The notes beneath the pieces were generated by a model. It saw only the letters and a list, made by a program, of their open reading frames with translations, had not been told where the DNA came from and did not search any database. The translations under genes and the position numbers were made by a program. A stretch of DNA of 64,000 bases from Bacteroidales bacterium. GTDB lineage: Bacteria > Bacteroidota > Bacteroidia > Bacteroidales > UBA3824. The first letter of the stretch is position 1. Each line of letters opens with the position of its first letter. Positions 62,615-64,000 of this stretch are shown here, piece after piece. The stretch lies in the NCBI GenBank assembly GCA_024401025.1, contig JAKSLV010000002.1:43-64042 (forward strand). Reading direction: 5' to 3'.

Positions 62615-63931
62615 ATGACTGAAAATAAAGATATAGAATTTGCCGGAAAGAACGAGATCAAGCGATTCCAGGAAGCCGAGTTGCAGAAACTGCTCGTGTA
62701 TCTATCCGAGAAATCAAGGTTTTACGCTGATATGTTCCGTAATAATGGAATAAATATCAGCGAGATAAAAACCCTGGAGGATCTCCGCCGGATACCTTTC
62801 ACCACCAAGCAGGACCTCCAACTCAGGAACAACGATTTCCTCTGCGTGGACAACCGGCAGGTGGTGGATTATCTCACAACCTCCGGAACCCTCGGAACTC
62901 CCGTAGTCTTTGCCCTCACCGACAAGGACCTCGACCGATTGGCCCTCAACGAGTGCCTCTCGTTCGGATGCGCCGGCGTATCTCCCGACGACACCGTTCA
63001 ACTTATGTGCACTATGGACAAGAGGTTTATGTGCGGGTTGGCGTGGTATCTGGGCCTCAGGAAACTTGGCGCAGGCATTATCCGTGTGGGTAGCGCAGTA
63101 CCTGAGTTTCAGTGGGATACAATTATGAGGCTGAAGCCGACGGTTCTGGCGCTTGTGCCCTCCTTCGTGAAATCTCTCTTGAAATATGCTGATGCCCACG
63201 GTATCGACTACAACAACTGCTCTGTCAGGAAAATTGTCTGTATGGGCGAGGCCATTTATCAGGAAGACGGCTCCTACAGTCTCCTGGCCAAGGACATTCT
63301 CAGCAAGTGGAACGTGGAACTGTATTCGTCATACGCCTCCACCGAAATGTCGACAAGTTTCACCGAGTGCAAATGCCACAAGGGCGGTCATCATCATCCG
63401 CAACTCCTTATCTGCGAGATTGTTGACGAGAACCTGAATCCTGTGGAGCCCGGCCAGTACGGCGAACTTGTAATCACAACTCTCGGCGTGGAGGGAATGC
63501 CTCTTCTGAGATTCCGTACCGGCGACATCACCTGTATGTACACTGATAAATGCGACTGCGGACGAAACTCGTTCAGGATTGGTCCTATCGTTGGCCGCTT
63601 GAACCAGATGATAAAATTCAAGGGAACGGCGCTCTATCCGCCAGCCGTCTTCGACGTTTTGGACAACGTGCCATACGTTGAAAACTATTTTGTGCGTCTC
63701 CAGAGCGACTGTGACGGCCTCGATCACTTGGTGGTGGAAGTCGGCCTCAGAGATTCAGTGACTCAGGACTCGGTTTTCAAGGACCTGAAAGACCGTTTCA
63801 GAAGCAAAATCCGCGTAACCCCCGAGATTGTTTTTGGTTCGGTTGACGAGATCAACAAACTCAATAATCAGCCAATGAACAGGAAGGTTGTGAAGTTTGC
63901 GGACGAGAGAAAGTGTCAGAATAAAAAATAA
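62615..63931 (+). CDS. Phenylacetate-CoA ligase family (PaaK / coenzyme F390 synthetase-like adenylate-forming enzyme)
   Basis: 438 aa with AMP-binding motif TTSGTLGTPVVF, YASTE, FRTGD, and a C-terminal ACT-like lid. Length and motifs fit the PaaK-type short acyl-CoA ligases. Confidence 0.75.
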   Translation: MTENKDIEFAGKNEIKRFQEAELQKLLVYLSEKSRFYADMFRNNGINISEIKTLEDLRRIPFTTKQDLQLRNNDFLCVDNRQVVDYLTTSGTLGTPVVFALTDKDLDRLALNECLSFGCAGVSPDDTVQLMCTMDKRFMCGLAWYLGLRKLGAGIIRVGSAVPEFQWDTIMRLKPTVLALVPSFVKSLLKYADAHGIDYNNCSVRKIVCMGEAIYQEDGSYSLLAKDILSKWNVELYSSYASTEMSTSFTECKCHKGGHHHPQLLICEIVDENLNPVEPGQYGELVITTLGVEGMPLLRFRTGDITCMYTDKCDCGRNSFRIGPIVGRLNQMIKFKGTALYPPAVFDVLDNVPYVENYFVRLQSDCDGLDHLVVEVGLRDSVTQDSVFKDLKDRFRSKIRVTPEIVFGSVDEINKLNNQPMNRKVVKFADERKCQNKK

Positions 63932-64000
63932 TAAAAAAAACGTAATATAAAAAGTGGTTGTTTATTCATTTTTTATTAACTTTGCGCTTATATAAACAGA

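Noticed and set aside
1-64000. Search for tRNA, rRNA, tmRNA, RNase P or SRP RNA, integrase, transposase or phage genes
   Set aside because: No intergenic region has cloverleaf-like or otherwise recognisable RNA-gene features, and no ORF has recombinase or transposase motifs. The R-M island's left border lies outside the window, so mobility of that island cannot be judged.

Overview
This window reads as a chromosomal segment of a Bacteroidota (Bacteroidales-type) genome. The signs are Bacteroides-type TAnnTTTG promoter boxes, gldH, many lipoprotein signal peptides ending in Cys, and Listeria-Bacteroides repeat proteins. About 55 protein genes are densely packed and mostly housekeeping: serS, rplU-rpmA, thyA, pnp-rpsO, trmB, an rplM-rpsI-rpsB-tsf operon, hom, folE, dxr, thiL, pncB and nnr. 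There are also polysaccharide export genes (Wza-like and a Wzc-like BY-kinase) and a run of cell-wall remodelling and recycling genes.

The clearly accessory part is the left 6.5 kb, a type I restriction-modification locus (HsdM tail, hsdS, hsdR). After an AT-rich hsdS come a terminator, a consensus promoter, and a translationally coupled two-gene module lying directly upstream of hsdR: an ABC/AAA ATPase and a DUF4435/Toprim-like protein. This module resembles PARIS (AriA/AriB) or AbiL/Rlo, and it is my best candidate for the interesting system.

Other unexplained structure:
- Heptamer tandem arrays (ATTAGAG-like) begin inside stop codons at three to four loci.
- A 267-bp near-perfect palindromic, MITE-like intergenic element carries CACGAAT repeats phased at 10 bp.
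- Two tandem paralogous small genes, each with its own promoter and terminator, sit in a very AT-rich island.
- A BY-kinase ends in a G(YG)9 tail encoded by a hexanucleotide repeat.
- A lipoprotein contains an NPGGNTGN octapeptide array.

I recognised no rRNA, tRNA, CRISPR array, integrase or transposase. All functional calls come from reading motifs by eye; no database search was run.
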